DNA from: Solirubrobacterales bacterium
Lineage (GTDB): Bacteria; Actinomycetota; Thermoleophilia; Solirubrobacterales; 70-9
DNA: 64,000 bases
Reading direction: 5' to 3'
Assembly (NCBI GenBank): GCA_036403715.1
Contig: DASWQL010000005.1
Location: 2,295 to 66,294 of the forward strand
In this document: positions 43,760 through 51,087 of the stretch, one piece after another
How positions within the stretch are numbered: the stretch's first letter is position 1
Layout of the letters: the number at the start of each line of letters is the position of its first letter
The notes under the pieces: generated by a model
Told to the model about the DNA's origin: nothing
Seen by the model: only the letters and a program-made list of their open reading frames with translations
The model's database searches: none
Translations under genes and position numbers: made by a program

Positions 43760-44044
43760 TCAGGACTCGTTGCCGCCGTTGAGCTCGTTGAAGCGAAGGG
43801 AGGGCCGCGTCGGCAGTACGAGTCCCTCGCAGCGGAACAGCAGTCCCGTTCTAATTAGGTCTCGTACCGCCCGTTCAATCTGATCCTTCTCGCGGAAGTC
43901 GTCGCTGTCTCTGGCCAGTTCACGGATCAGGTCCGATAGCCGAAGCTGGGTTGGGTAGGTGCTGATTACGTGGACTAAGACCGCCTCTTGATCCCGCTGG
44001 TCTTCAGCGTCGGGGGACCGATCTTGCTTAGAGTTGTCATGCAT
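43760..44044 (-). CDS. Hypothetical protein (94 aa), possible winged-helix regulator
   Basis: Track ORF with an acidic N-terminus, then LRLSDLIRELARDSDDFREKDQIERAVRDLIRTGLLFRCEGLVLPT. Confidence 0.5.
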   Translation of the reverse strand: MHDNSKQDRSPDAEDQRDQEAVLVHVISTYPTQLRLSDLIRELARDSDDFREKDQIERAVRDLIRTGLLFRCEGLVLPTRPSLRFNELNGGNES

Positions 44045-44166
44045 TGGAGTTCGTGCTCCTTTGCCGGGCCGGGGGCTGTTCGAGCAGCGCCCCGGCCATT
44101 TGCGTTGTCAACGTCAGTAGCGAGTGGTGGATCTGCTCCTTCGAGATTGCTTGGCCGCTCCGCGTC

Positions 44167-44265
44167 TCTCCGTCATCTTCGGTGGGTCTGCGGCTATCCG
44201 GGCCTTTACGAGTCCGAGGAACCCACGGGAATGCTGCGCGTGGCTTCTGAGATATATGTCGGGAC
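44167..44265 (+). repeat. R2: second copy of the 99-nt module
   Basis: See R1. It lies in the intergenic region between the lipoprotein gene stop and the 94-aa ORF start. Confidence 0.7.
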
Positions 44266-44297
44266 AAGGCAGAGCAGCAGCATGCGTGCCGAGAGGG

Positions 44298-44708
44298 TCA
44301 TCGGAATCCTTGCCGTTCGCAACGGTAGGCGACCTGGGCCAAATGACCATTGCCAGGCAGGACGTTGGGGATCTGGAGGACGCGCTCGCACATTTGTCCG
44401 TGAAGAGTGGCGGCACGTTGCTGAGCCTTCCGATTCAGGTGAATCAGAGATACAGCCTTTTTGTGCTCTTCTTTACTTGGATATTCCTCGCCCCTGTTGT
44501 ATGCATCCCGAGTTATCTGCATAGTTTGTCGGAGATAATTCTGAGCCATTTGGTGTTGAACGGCGGCTTCGTGCTCAAGTTGGCTGATCGATACGGGGCT
44601 GGGGGTGACGGTGGACTGGGCCGTAGTTGATTGCGATCCTCCGCCACCACATCCAGCGACAGCCAGGGCGACGACGATTGCGAGCGATGCAGCAAGCTTC
44701 ATATTCAC
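44298..44708 (-). CDS. Island-encoded lipoprotein (136 aa)
   Basis: Signal peptide with lipobox MNMKLAASLAIVVALAVAGC. The mature region is helical and Q/E/K-rich. Confidence 0.65.
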   Translation of the reverse strand: MNMKLAASLAIVVALAVAGCGGGGSQSTTAQSTVTPSPVSISQLEHEAAVQHQMAQNYLRQTMQITRDAYNRGEEYPSKEEHKKAVSLIHLNRKAQQRAATLHGQMCERVLQIPNVLPGNGHLAQVAYRCERQGFR

Positions 44709-44983
44709 GGCCTCCTACTGGTCTGATGCATCGATTTTTCATGGGGTTCCCAGCGACCTAGCGCTTTTATGAGGTCCGGCTGTTGGCGCAGCGCCCTGGT
44801 GGCCGACGAAACTTATTGTCTGCGAGAGGAAATCAGTTCTTGACGTTTCCTGTCAAGTACCACCCAGATGACTCGATCCCCTTGAATGTCCGTCTACGGA
44901 TTGACCTGGCTGCGACAATGAGAGCCCTGATGGTCGGCGCCCTGTCTCGTCACCCTGATAGGCGCTGATGGCTATCCTCCGTT

Positions 44984-45226
44984 TTGAAAGGCAGCTTGAT
45001 GACGGCTAAATCCCACGAGTTCGAGGTCGTGTTGCAGCCCGAAGAGGAGGGCGGCTTCAGCGTGTCTGTCCCGGCCCTGCCGGGCTGCCATACCCAGGGC
45101 GAGACTCACGATGAAGCCTTGGCGATGGCCAAGGACGCCATCGAGGGCTATCTCGAGGTGCTGGAGCAAGAGGGGCGTCCCCTGCCTCAACCAGCGTTGA
45201 TCGAGCGGGTTACCGTCGCCGCGTGA
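44984..45226 (+). CDS. hicB: HicB-family antitoxin
   Basis: FEVVLQPEEEGGFSVSVPALPGCHTQGETHDEALAMAKDAIEGYLE is the classic HicB N-domain. The start may instead be ATG 44999. Confidence 0.85.
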   Translation: MKGSLMTAKSHEFEVVLQPEEEGGFSVSVPALPGCHTQGETHDEALAMAKDAIEGYLEVLEQEGRPLPQPALIERVTVAA

Positions 45227-45453
45227 GCAGTCGGCTGCCGTCGGTTCGACCCCGGCAGCTGATTCGGGTTCTGGAGCAGAAGGGCTGGCGCCTTGCTCGT
45301 TCGAAGGGCAGCCATCATCACTTCACCCATCCCGATAGCCGCAACATCGTCACGGTTGCGGTTCACGCCAAGGACATCAAGCGTGGGACGCTCAGCGGCA
45401 TTCTCGCCGACGCGGGCATCGATCGCGATGAATTCCTCAGCTTGCTGAAGTAG
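45223..45453 (+). CDS. hicA: HicA-family mRNA interferase toxin
   Basis: RQLIRVLEQKGWRLARSKGSHHHFTHPD...VTVAVHAKDIKRGTLSGIL. The GTG start overlaps the hicB stop (GTGA). Confidence 0.85.
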   Translation: MSSRLPSVRPRQLIRVLEQKGWRLARSKGSHHHFTHPDSRNIVTVAVHAKDIKRGTLSGILADAGIDRDEFLSLLK

Positions 45454-45619
45454 CAAGAGCGCGGTACCGCTTCTGGTACCGAACGCATCGTCCGATGGCT
45501 CCGATGTGGCTGACGCCGGGGACGCGGGGACGCCTGGGACGCGCCCGGACGTAGATCACACTCCCACTTGGTCGGCTGCGGAGCTACAGCCGTTCCACGG
45601 AAGAGCCGGACGCCGCGAC

Positions 45620-45880
45620 CTAGCCCAGTTCATCTTCGCCCCAACGAGCTTCTGCCCGTGCCAGTTTGCGAGTGCCGTAGAAATGACGCGCCCACCAGGA
45701 TTCGGGCTTGGCAAGCCTGAACGCCGCGATCCACCAGGTGATCCCCAGCGTGAAATAACCGGCGCCCACAAGAATCTCATTGCCCTTCATTTCGGCAACC
45801 GTCACTGGGCCAAGGAACAGCACGACCACCAGGCCGACGACGTACGCGATTTGGATCCCAGTCGATACCGCGAGCGGCAT
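45620..45880 (-). CDS. Small membrane protein (about 86 aa, 2-3 TM)
   Basis: ATG at 45880: MPLAVSTGIQIAYVVGLVVVLFLGPV...GAGYFTLGITWWIAAF. It lies between the two copies of the attR-arm duplication. Confidence 0.45.
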   Translation of the reverse strand: MPLAVSTGIQIAYVVGLVVVLFLGPVTVAEMKGNEILVGAGYFTLGITWWIAAFRLAKPESWWARHFYGTRKLARAEARWGEDELG

Positions 45881-46046
45881 GGGCAAGAGCCTACGCGGCG
45901 CTGCTCTGTGAGGACTGCATTCTCGAATATGCAACCTGGTACCGCTCGTGGTACCGGATGCATCGTCCAATGGCTCCGTCGATTCCGTTCACGGGGACGC
46001 GGGGACGCGTGGGGACGCGGCCGGAAGCATCTGGCGCTCGCCTCGG

Positions 46047-46094
46047 TCGGCTGGGGGCCGAGCGGTCGCAGGTTCAAATCCTGTCTCCCCGATT
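46047..46094 (+). repeat. attR: second copy of the 48-bp tRNA-Pro 3' segment
   Basis: Identical to 35491-35538. No 5' half of a tRNA precedes it. Confidence 0.9.
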
Positions 46095-46204
46095 GCAAAT
46101 TTTTCTCGCATGGCTTCGCATGGCCACGCGGGCGGCGGATCAAGTCCGGCTCGCGGGCCCGGCCTCCCTGTTTACGGGTGCAGCGCTTCGACTTTGATGG
46201 CGTT

Positions 46205-46224
46205 GATCTGCGCCGTCGCAGATC
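46205..46224. terminator. Hairpin GATCTGCG-ccgt-CGCAGATC 15 nt downstream of the nucleotidyltransferase gene (minus strand)
   Basis: 8-bp perfect stem with no clear U-tract. Confidence 0.3.
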
Positions 46225-46238
46225 GCGACCTCAAAGAA

Positions 46239-46715
46239 TCAGTCGGTGGCGGCGTCCAGATCCTCTATGTCAGCGAGATCTCGAGTCCGTCCGGCCGCTC
46301 GCTTCATCTCCCTCAGATCGTTGCGCGAGCAGACCCACACCGTCGATCCGAGGATCTCGGCCTCGACGGCCCGCGACCGCAGCTCCTCGAAGTCCGGTAC
46401 GCCGTCTAGGCCTTGGACCACATCGAGTCTCCCGAGGTCGGTCTCAATGGCGACCTGATCGCCATCGGCCAGTGCCGCCGCGATCGAGAACGGAGTACCG
46501 AGCAATGCTTCGCCCCGCTGAACATGTCCGCCGGCGGCCACTGCGACCTCGGCGACTCGCTTGATGTTCCCGGAGGCCGTGGCAATAACGACGTCGACGT
46601 CCTTGGTGCCCCGCACGACCCCCCAAGCATTGAGGGCGAGTCCGCCCACTACGACGAATTCAACGTCTGCCTCGGCCAAGCGCCGCAGCAGCTCGTCGAA
46701 GGCCGGCTCGGTCAA
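46239..46715 (-). CDS. Minimal nucleotidyltransferase-fold protein (DUF6036/AbiEii-like)
   Basis: FDELLRRLAEADVEFVVVGGLALNAWGVVRGTKDVDVVI contains the GG...G..R.T.DxD NTase motif. The TTG start at 46715 overlaps the stop of the upstream small ORF (TTGA). The N-terminal part of track ORF 46239..46955 looks non-coding. Confidence 0.6.
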   Translation of the reverse strand: MTEPAFDELLRRLAEADVEFVVVGGLALNAWGVVRGTKDVDVVIATASGNIKRVAEVAVAAGGHVQRGEALLGTPFSIAAALADGDQVAIETDLGRLDVVQGLDGVPDFEELRSRAVEAEILGSTVWVCSRNDLREMKRAAGRTRDLADIEDLDAATD

Positions 46716-46879
46716 TTCTTGAGCGCGGCGCCGGTGAATCGCAGCAGCTTGTGGCTGAGCGCGATGCCTTCGGAGAGGTTCGTACTGAGAGAGCGCCGGG
46801 CGTCTTCGCGCAGCCTCTGGACCCGCAAGGCCTCGGCCTCCGCCGCAGGTGATGGACTGCTCTTCTTGCGCCGGTCCAT
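46712..46879 (-). CDS. Small upstream partner ORF (55 aa), antitoxin-like
   Basis: MDRRKKSSPSPAAEAEALRVQRLREDARRSLSTNLSEGIALSHKLLRFTGAALKN. It is translationally coupled to the NTase gene. The start at ATG 46879 is chosen within track ORF 46712..46981. Confidence 0.45.
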   Translation of the reverse strand: MDRRKKSSPSPAAEAEALRVQRLREDARRSLSTNLSEGIALSHKLLRFTGAALKN

Positions 46880-47013
46880 ACGGATTGATGCTAGCGCTGG
46901 TCGGGTCGCGAAACCGGACAGCCCGATGACGAGGCCGAGCAGTTGGTTCAAACACCGTCCAGTTAAGGCGATCTCAGACAATAAGTTCCGACGCGTTTGC
47001 CATCCTCCGAGAG

Positions 47014-47500
47014 ATGGCAGATCGTGAGCAAAAGGCGGCCTCGCTCGAGATGATCGCAGCGCCCGCGATCGAGAAACGGATCTACGTCATCCCGCGGGCG
47101 CCAGGTGATGCTCGATGAGGACTTAGCCGATCTCTACAGCGTCGAGACGAAGCGGTTGATCGAGCAGGTGAAGCGCAACCTGGAACGCTTTCCGGACGAC
47201 TTCATGTTTCAGCTCCGCAAAGACGAGGCAGCGGCTTTGAGGTCGCGGATTGCGACCTCAAACGTAGGTCGCGGCGGGCGCCGCTATGCCCCCTACGTCT
47301 TCACCGAGCAGGGCGTGCCCATGCTTTCCTCCGTCCTGCGGAGCAAGACGGCTATCGCCGTGAACATCGAGATCATGCGGGCGTTTGTCGAGCTACGCCG
47401 TGTCGCCAGCTCCTACGCAGCGATCGAGAAGAGGCTGGAGCAGATCGAACGTGGGATGGGCGAGCACGACGAGGAGCCAAAGCCTCGGTCAACAGCGTGA
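47014..47500 (+). pseudogene. ORF6N (KilA-N-like) domain gene, copy 1, with an apparent +1 frameshift
   Basis: ATG 47014 gives MADREQKAASLEMIAAPAIEKRIYVIPRAPGDAR*. Deleting one C in ATCCCGCGGG (about 47089) restores IEKRIYVIRGRQVMLDEDLADLYSVE..., which is colinear with copy 2. The downstream frame is track ORF 47105..47500. Confidence 0.6.
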
Positions 47501-47591
47501 CGCGGTTCAAATACCGTCTGGTTAAGGCGATGTAGACAAAAGCTTCCGGCCTGTTTGCGTCCCCGAGAAGGCGATCGAGAAGCGGATCTTT

Positions 47592-48089
47592 GTGGTCCGC
47601 GAACGGCAGGTCATGCTTGACGAAGATCTGGCGGCTCTCTACGGCGTTGAGACCAGAGTCCTGGTTCAGCAGGTCAAACGAAACGCAAAGCGCTTCCCGG
47701 CGGACTTCATGTTCCAGCTGACGAAGGCCGAGGCTGAGGCTTTGAGATCACAATTTGTGATGTCAAACGAGGGCCGGGGTGGCCGCCGGTATGCCCCCTA
47801 TGTCTTCACGGAGCAAGGTGTCGCGATGCTCTCGGGGGTGCTCCGGAGCGATCGGGCAATTGCGGTAAATATCGAGATCATGCGTGCGTTCGTCGAGCTG
47901 CGCCGCGTCGCCGGCTCCTTCCAGGAGCTCCAGAAGCGGCTCGATCAGATGGAACTGGACATCGGCGCCCGCCTGAGCGAGCACGATGAGCAGTTGCGCC
48001 TGATCTTCGAGGCGCTGCGGCAGCTCATCGCGCCGCCGCCTCGTGCGAAGCGCCCCGTTGGCTTCAGGGTTCGCCCGGGCGACGAGTAG
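47592..48089 (+). CDS. ORF6N (KilA-N-like) domain protein, copy 2
   Basis: VMLDEDLAALYGVETRVLVQQVKRNAKRFPADFMFQLTKAEAEAL...RRYAPYVFTEQGVAMLSGVLRS..AIAVNIEIMRAF. The conserved IEKRIF segment lies upstream of the first available start (GTG 47592), so the N-terminus may be truncated. Confidence 0.7.
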   Translation: MVRERQVMLDEDLAALYGVETRVLVQQVKRNAKRFPADFMFQLTKAEAEALRSQFVMSNEGRGGRRYAPYVFTEQGVAMLSGVLRSDRAIAVNIEIMRAFVELRRVAGSFQELQKRLDQMELDIGARLSEHDEQLRLIFEALRQLIAPPPRAKRPVGFRVRPGDE

Positions 48090-48192
48090 TCCGGCAGCCA
48101 GCAAGAGTCTTGACGCGGTTCAAATACCGTCCAGTCAGGCCGATTTATCGCTGATCGCCATTTCCGATCGACGGTGTCCTCGAGTCCACGGT

Positions 48193-48666
48193 TCAGTTCG
48201 GGGTCGAGGGGTCTTCCTCGACGAGTGCGGCGAGGTTGTCGAGGGCCATGCGGGTGCCGATGTCGTTGTCTTGAGCGGATACGCCGCTGGGAATTCCCTC
48301 GTGGACGATGACCACATCGGTTCCACCATCGGCATCGGTGAGAGTCGTGGTGATCGTCATCTCCCCTTGGAACTCGGAATCGGCGGTCTCGAACTCGATC
48401 ACCTCGACCACCTTTCGATCGGGGACGAGCTGGGCGAAGTGGCCCCCGTAGGTGTCGGTTCGCGGCGAGCTCTTGCCGGCTGCGGTTGGCATTTCGTAAC
48501 TGAGAGACACCCGGAAGGTGCCGCCCTCGCGGGCGTCGAGGTGGTGGACGACGCAGCTCATGCCGTCGGGAAACCTCCATTCGGCAATCGCCTCTGGGTC
48601 AAGGAGCGCTCGGTAGAGCGCCGACCGGGGAGCGCGGATGTGTCGGGCGGTCCGGGTGGAAGACAC
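48193..48666 (-). CDS. SRPBCC-superfamily protein (AHSA1/START-like)
   Basis: RHIRAPRSALYRALLDPEAIAEWRFPDGM...GGTFRVSL...GGHFAQLVPDRKVVEVIEFE. Confidence 0.7.
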   Translation of the reverse strand: MSSTRTARHIRAPRSALYRALLDPEAIAEWRFPDGMSCVVHHLDAREGGTFRVSLSYEMPTAAGKSSPRTDTYGGHFAQLVPDRKVVEVIEFETADSEFQGEMTITTTLTDADGGTDVVIVHEGIPSGVSAQDNDIGTRMALDNLAALVEEDPSTPN

Positions 48667-48795
48667 GTCCGCAGGCTAGCTGGCAAAAGCGCCGGTTCAA
48701 AGGAGGCCATTGAGCTGGATCGGGAGAGCGCGAAGGGCCCTCGAGCACCAGCGGGAGGGAGCTGTCCCCGGCGAATTCGTCGCGCTGTATCTATT

Positions 48796-49116
48796 TCAGC
48801 TGCCCGGCGGCCGATAGCCGGCTGAGCGTTCCGTCGCGGCGTCAACTTCCTCGGGCGTAAGCAACTGGACCGTCTTGACCGTGGCACCGCCCGATCCGTT
48901 TACGGCAAGAGCGACGGCCGTGGCGGCCTCGTTGTCAGGGAGCTCCACAGTCACATAGGAGTCGACGTCACCGAAGGCGAAATAGAAGCTCTCGAGCTTG
49001 CCACCAAGGCCCTCGGCCATATCGGCTATCGCGTCGCGCCTACTACTCCCACCTTTGCTGCTGATGCCCTCAACGCCCTCCGGCGTATACGCAGCCTCGA
49101 ACAGGTACTTGGGCAT
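48796..49116 (-). CDS. GYD-domain protein
   Basis: MPKYLFEAAYTPEGVEGI...GGKLESFYFAFGDVDSYV...ATVKTVQLLTPEE is the typical GYD family layout. Confidence 0.7.
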   Translation of the reverse strand: MPKYLFEAAYTPEGVEGISSKGGSSRRDAIADMAEGLGGKLESFYFAFGDVDSYVTVELPDNEAATAVALAVNGSGGATVKTVQLLTPEEVDAATERSAGYRPPGS

Positions 49117-49256
49117 GACAATCTCCTTCCGTTAGGCGGCTCTGCACGAGCATCCCATCCGCTGACGGCAGGCGCAAGCGGAGACTCTCGCTGCATAGGG
49201 TCCCGAGAAGAGGAGGGTGGAGCGGGAGCGAAGTCTCGTCTGTGCCCGCCACTCGG

Positions 49257-49748
49257 TCAGGGCTCTCGTGCGGTGCCCCTCCGCAGTAGATAAATGGCGG
49301 CGCCGAAGGCGAGCGCAAGGCCGGCCAGCACCCCCAACTCCAGCAGCAGGCCATTAGGGGGCGGGCCGGGTGCCTGCTCGATATGGGCGGTGACGACGAC
49401 CACCCGCCTCACCACCGCGATCAGGCCGACGAGCAGGAATGGCTCGGCGGATATCTCCCCCTCATAGAGCACGATCGACAAGGTGTGCAGCAGCTCCGCG
49501 ACGATCAGCAGCAGGAGCACGCGATCAAGTAGGCGTAGCCCCATCTGAATCGCGCCTTCCCCGTCCAAGACCCCTTCGACGAGCTCCTTCGTGGTCCCGT
49601 AGATCACGCCGAACGCCGCCAGGCCGAGCAGCACGGCGACAATCAGGTAGACGAGCTGCTGGAACCTCTTCAGGATTCCCATCGAAATCTCCGGGTGGGG
49701 GCCGCCGCTCTGGCGCGGCTCCGACCCGGATGGGTGGGCATCGGTCAC
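49257..49748 (-). CDS. PsiE-like (phosphate-starvation-inducible E family) membrane protein
   Basis: Four TM segments, with LLLLIVAELLHTL and LVGLIAVVRRVVV patterns. The start may be the internal ATG at 49682. Confidence 0.55.
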   Translation of the reverse strand: MTDAHPSGSEPRQSGGPHPEISMGILKRFQQLVYLIVAVLLGLAAFGVIYGTTKELVEGVLDGEGAIQMGLRLLDRVLLLLIVAELLHTLSIVLYEGEISAEPFLLVGLIAVVRRVVVVTAHIEQAPGPPPNGLLLELGVLAGLALAFGAAIYLLRRGTAREP

Positions 49749-50075
49749 CGATACCTGCCGGCCGTGCCGCTGTCTATGGACATTCCAAGCCGGCGATCTC
49801 CGTTGGAGCCGGCGGCAGCGCCTCCATGCGGACTCTCTCTTGCGCCTCGACGGGCATGGCTCGCTCTCGTTCGCCTACCTCGGGGACGTCCGGCGTGCTG
49901 TCTTCGCTCTACCCTGCGGTCGCGAGCCCAACCTCCGGTCGGGTGGCACATCCGACATTGACCCCGGCGGGGTGGGGAAGAGGTCGGAAGGGACGGCAGA
50001 GCTCACTCATGGCAAAGGGGTGCAAGGGGCGGGCCGCCCGGCGGGCGGCCAAGAGCCTTCGGCTGTTGTCGTCAG

Positions 50076-50351
50076 TTAGCGCTTGACTATGTTGTGGATC
50101 TCCAAGATTTCTGGCTCCCCGGGGTCGATGCCGACCTCAGCGAGGACAGGCATCAGCCGCTCGCCGAATGCCTCGAGCTGCTGCCGGGAATCCCAGACCT
50201 CGCTGACGCGAAGGCTTCCCTCGCTGCCGAAACAGACGTGGTAGTCGAGTCCATCGGGAGGGAAGTGACCAGCGGCTTCGAGCTTGCGGATGGACTCGTC
50301 GTACTGGGCGGCCGTCAGGGCAGAGGGGACAAAACGGATAAGTACGCTCAT
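50076..50351 (-). CDS. Small cytoplasmic protein (91 aa), ferredoxin-like/ABM-type fold suspected
   Basis: Track ORF with protein-like composition (MSVLIRFVPSALTAAQYDESIRKLEAAGHFPPDGLDYHVCFG...). Confidence 0.5.
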   Translation of the reverse strand: MSVLIRFVPSALTAAQYDESIRKLEAAGHFPPDGLDYHVCFGSEGSLRVSEVWDSRQQLEAFGERLMPVLAEVGIDPGEPEILEIHNIVKR

Positions 50352-50453
50352 CGAGCTCCTCCTTGATTGGGTCTACTGACCTTATCCACGGAGTCGCGAT
50401 TCGGCCAGGCCTCGCTGGGTTGGGCGCCGGGTGTGTCATCAGAATGAAGCGCG

Positions 50454-51062
50454 ATGCGGCCCAACCCGTTATTTGCCAGCGACGATCCCGACGTCGTTCG
50501 CCAACTCATCCGCGACAACCCTTGGGCCGTTCTGGTCAGCCAGACCGATGGCGACCTCGTCGCCTCCCACTACCCGATCCTGCTCGACGACGAGGCGCCG
50601 GAGTTGACGATCGTGACGCACCTTGGCAAGCCCGACGACCAGATCCACAGGCTGACCGACGGAGAGCTTCTGGTCATCGTGCAGGGGCGGCACGGCTGTA
50701 TCTCGCCGAGTTGGTACCGGCCCGACCCGCGGAATGTGCCCACCTGGAACTTCAGCGTTGCGCACTGCTATGGAGCGCCCGAGATACTCGACCACGAGGA
50801 GAATCTCGAAGTCCTGACCAGGTTGGTCGAGCGTTTCGAGCGCGATGTCGATGAGCCGGCGCACCTCGATCGGCACGATGGCGCCAAGATCGCCGCGGGA
50901 ACCGTCGGCATACGACTGCCGGTCTCTCGCTTCATCTGCAAGCGCAAGCTGAGTCAGAACAAGGACCCGGCCACCCGGCGACAGGTCATCGATGCGCTGC
51001 GCAAACCGGGGCCGTACAACCATCCCCAGCTCGCCGAGGAAATGGAGCAGGCGCTGGACTGA
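50454..51062 (+). CDS. PaiB-family FMN-binding negative transcriptional regulator
   Basis: NPWAVLVS...LVASHYPILLD...TIVTHLGKPD...WNFSVAHCYG...FICKRKLSQNK. Confidence 0.75.
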   Translation: MRPNPLFASDDPDVVRQLIRDNPWAVLVSQTDGDLVASHYPILLDDEAPELTIVTHLGKPDDQIHRLTDGELLVIVQGRHGCISPSWYRPDPRNVPTWNFSVAHCYGAPEILDHEENLEVLTRLVERFERDVDEPAHLDRHDGAKIAAGTVGIRLPVSRFICKRKLSQNKDPATRRQVIDALRKPGPYNHPQLAEEMEQALD

Positions 51063-51087
51063 AAATCCGCCACCATCCTGCGGGTAG

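Larger units (their letters stand above)
35491..46094. mobile_element. tRNA-Pro-integrated genomic island (about 10.6 kb), probably composite; int-xis-replicase core plus cargo
   Basis: Evidence is a perfect 48-bp att repeat, a tyrosine integrase, an excisionase and a P-loop replicase. GC content drops visibly (hand-counted lines 45-62% against about 70% in the flanks), and there are several internal degenerate att-like remnants. Confidence 0.85.

Noticed and set aside
45506-46564. 352-aa plus-strand ORF spanning the attR-arm duplication and attR
   Set aside because: It reads through the tRNA-derived att core (peptide GWGPSGRRFKSCLP, which also appears in ORF 34512..35723 over the real tRNA-Pro) and through non-coding repeats. 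Its composition is not protein-like.
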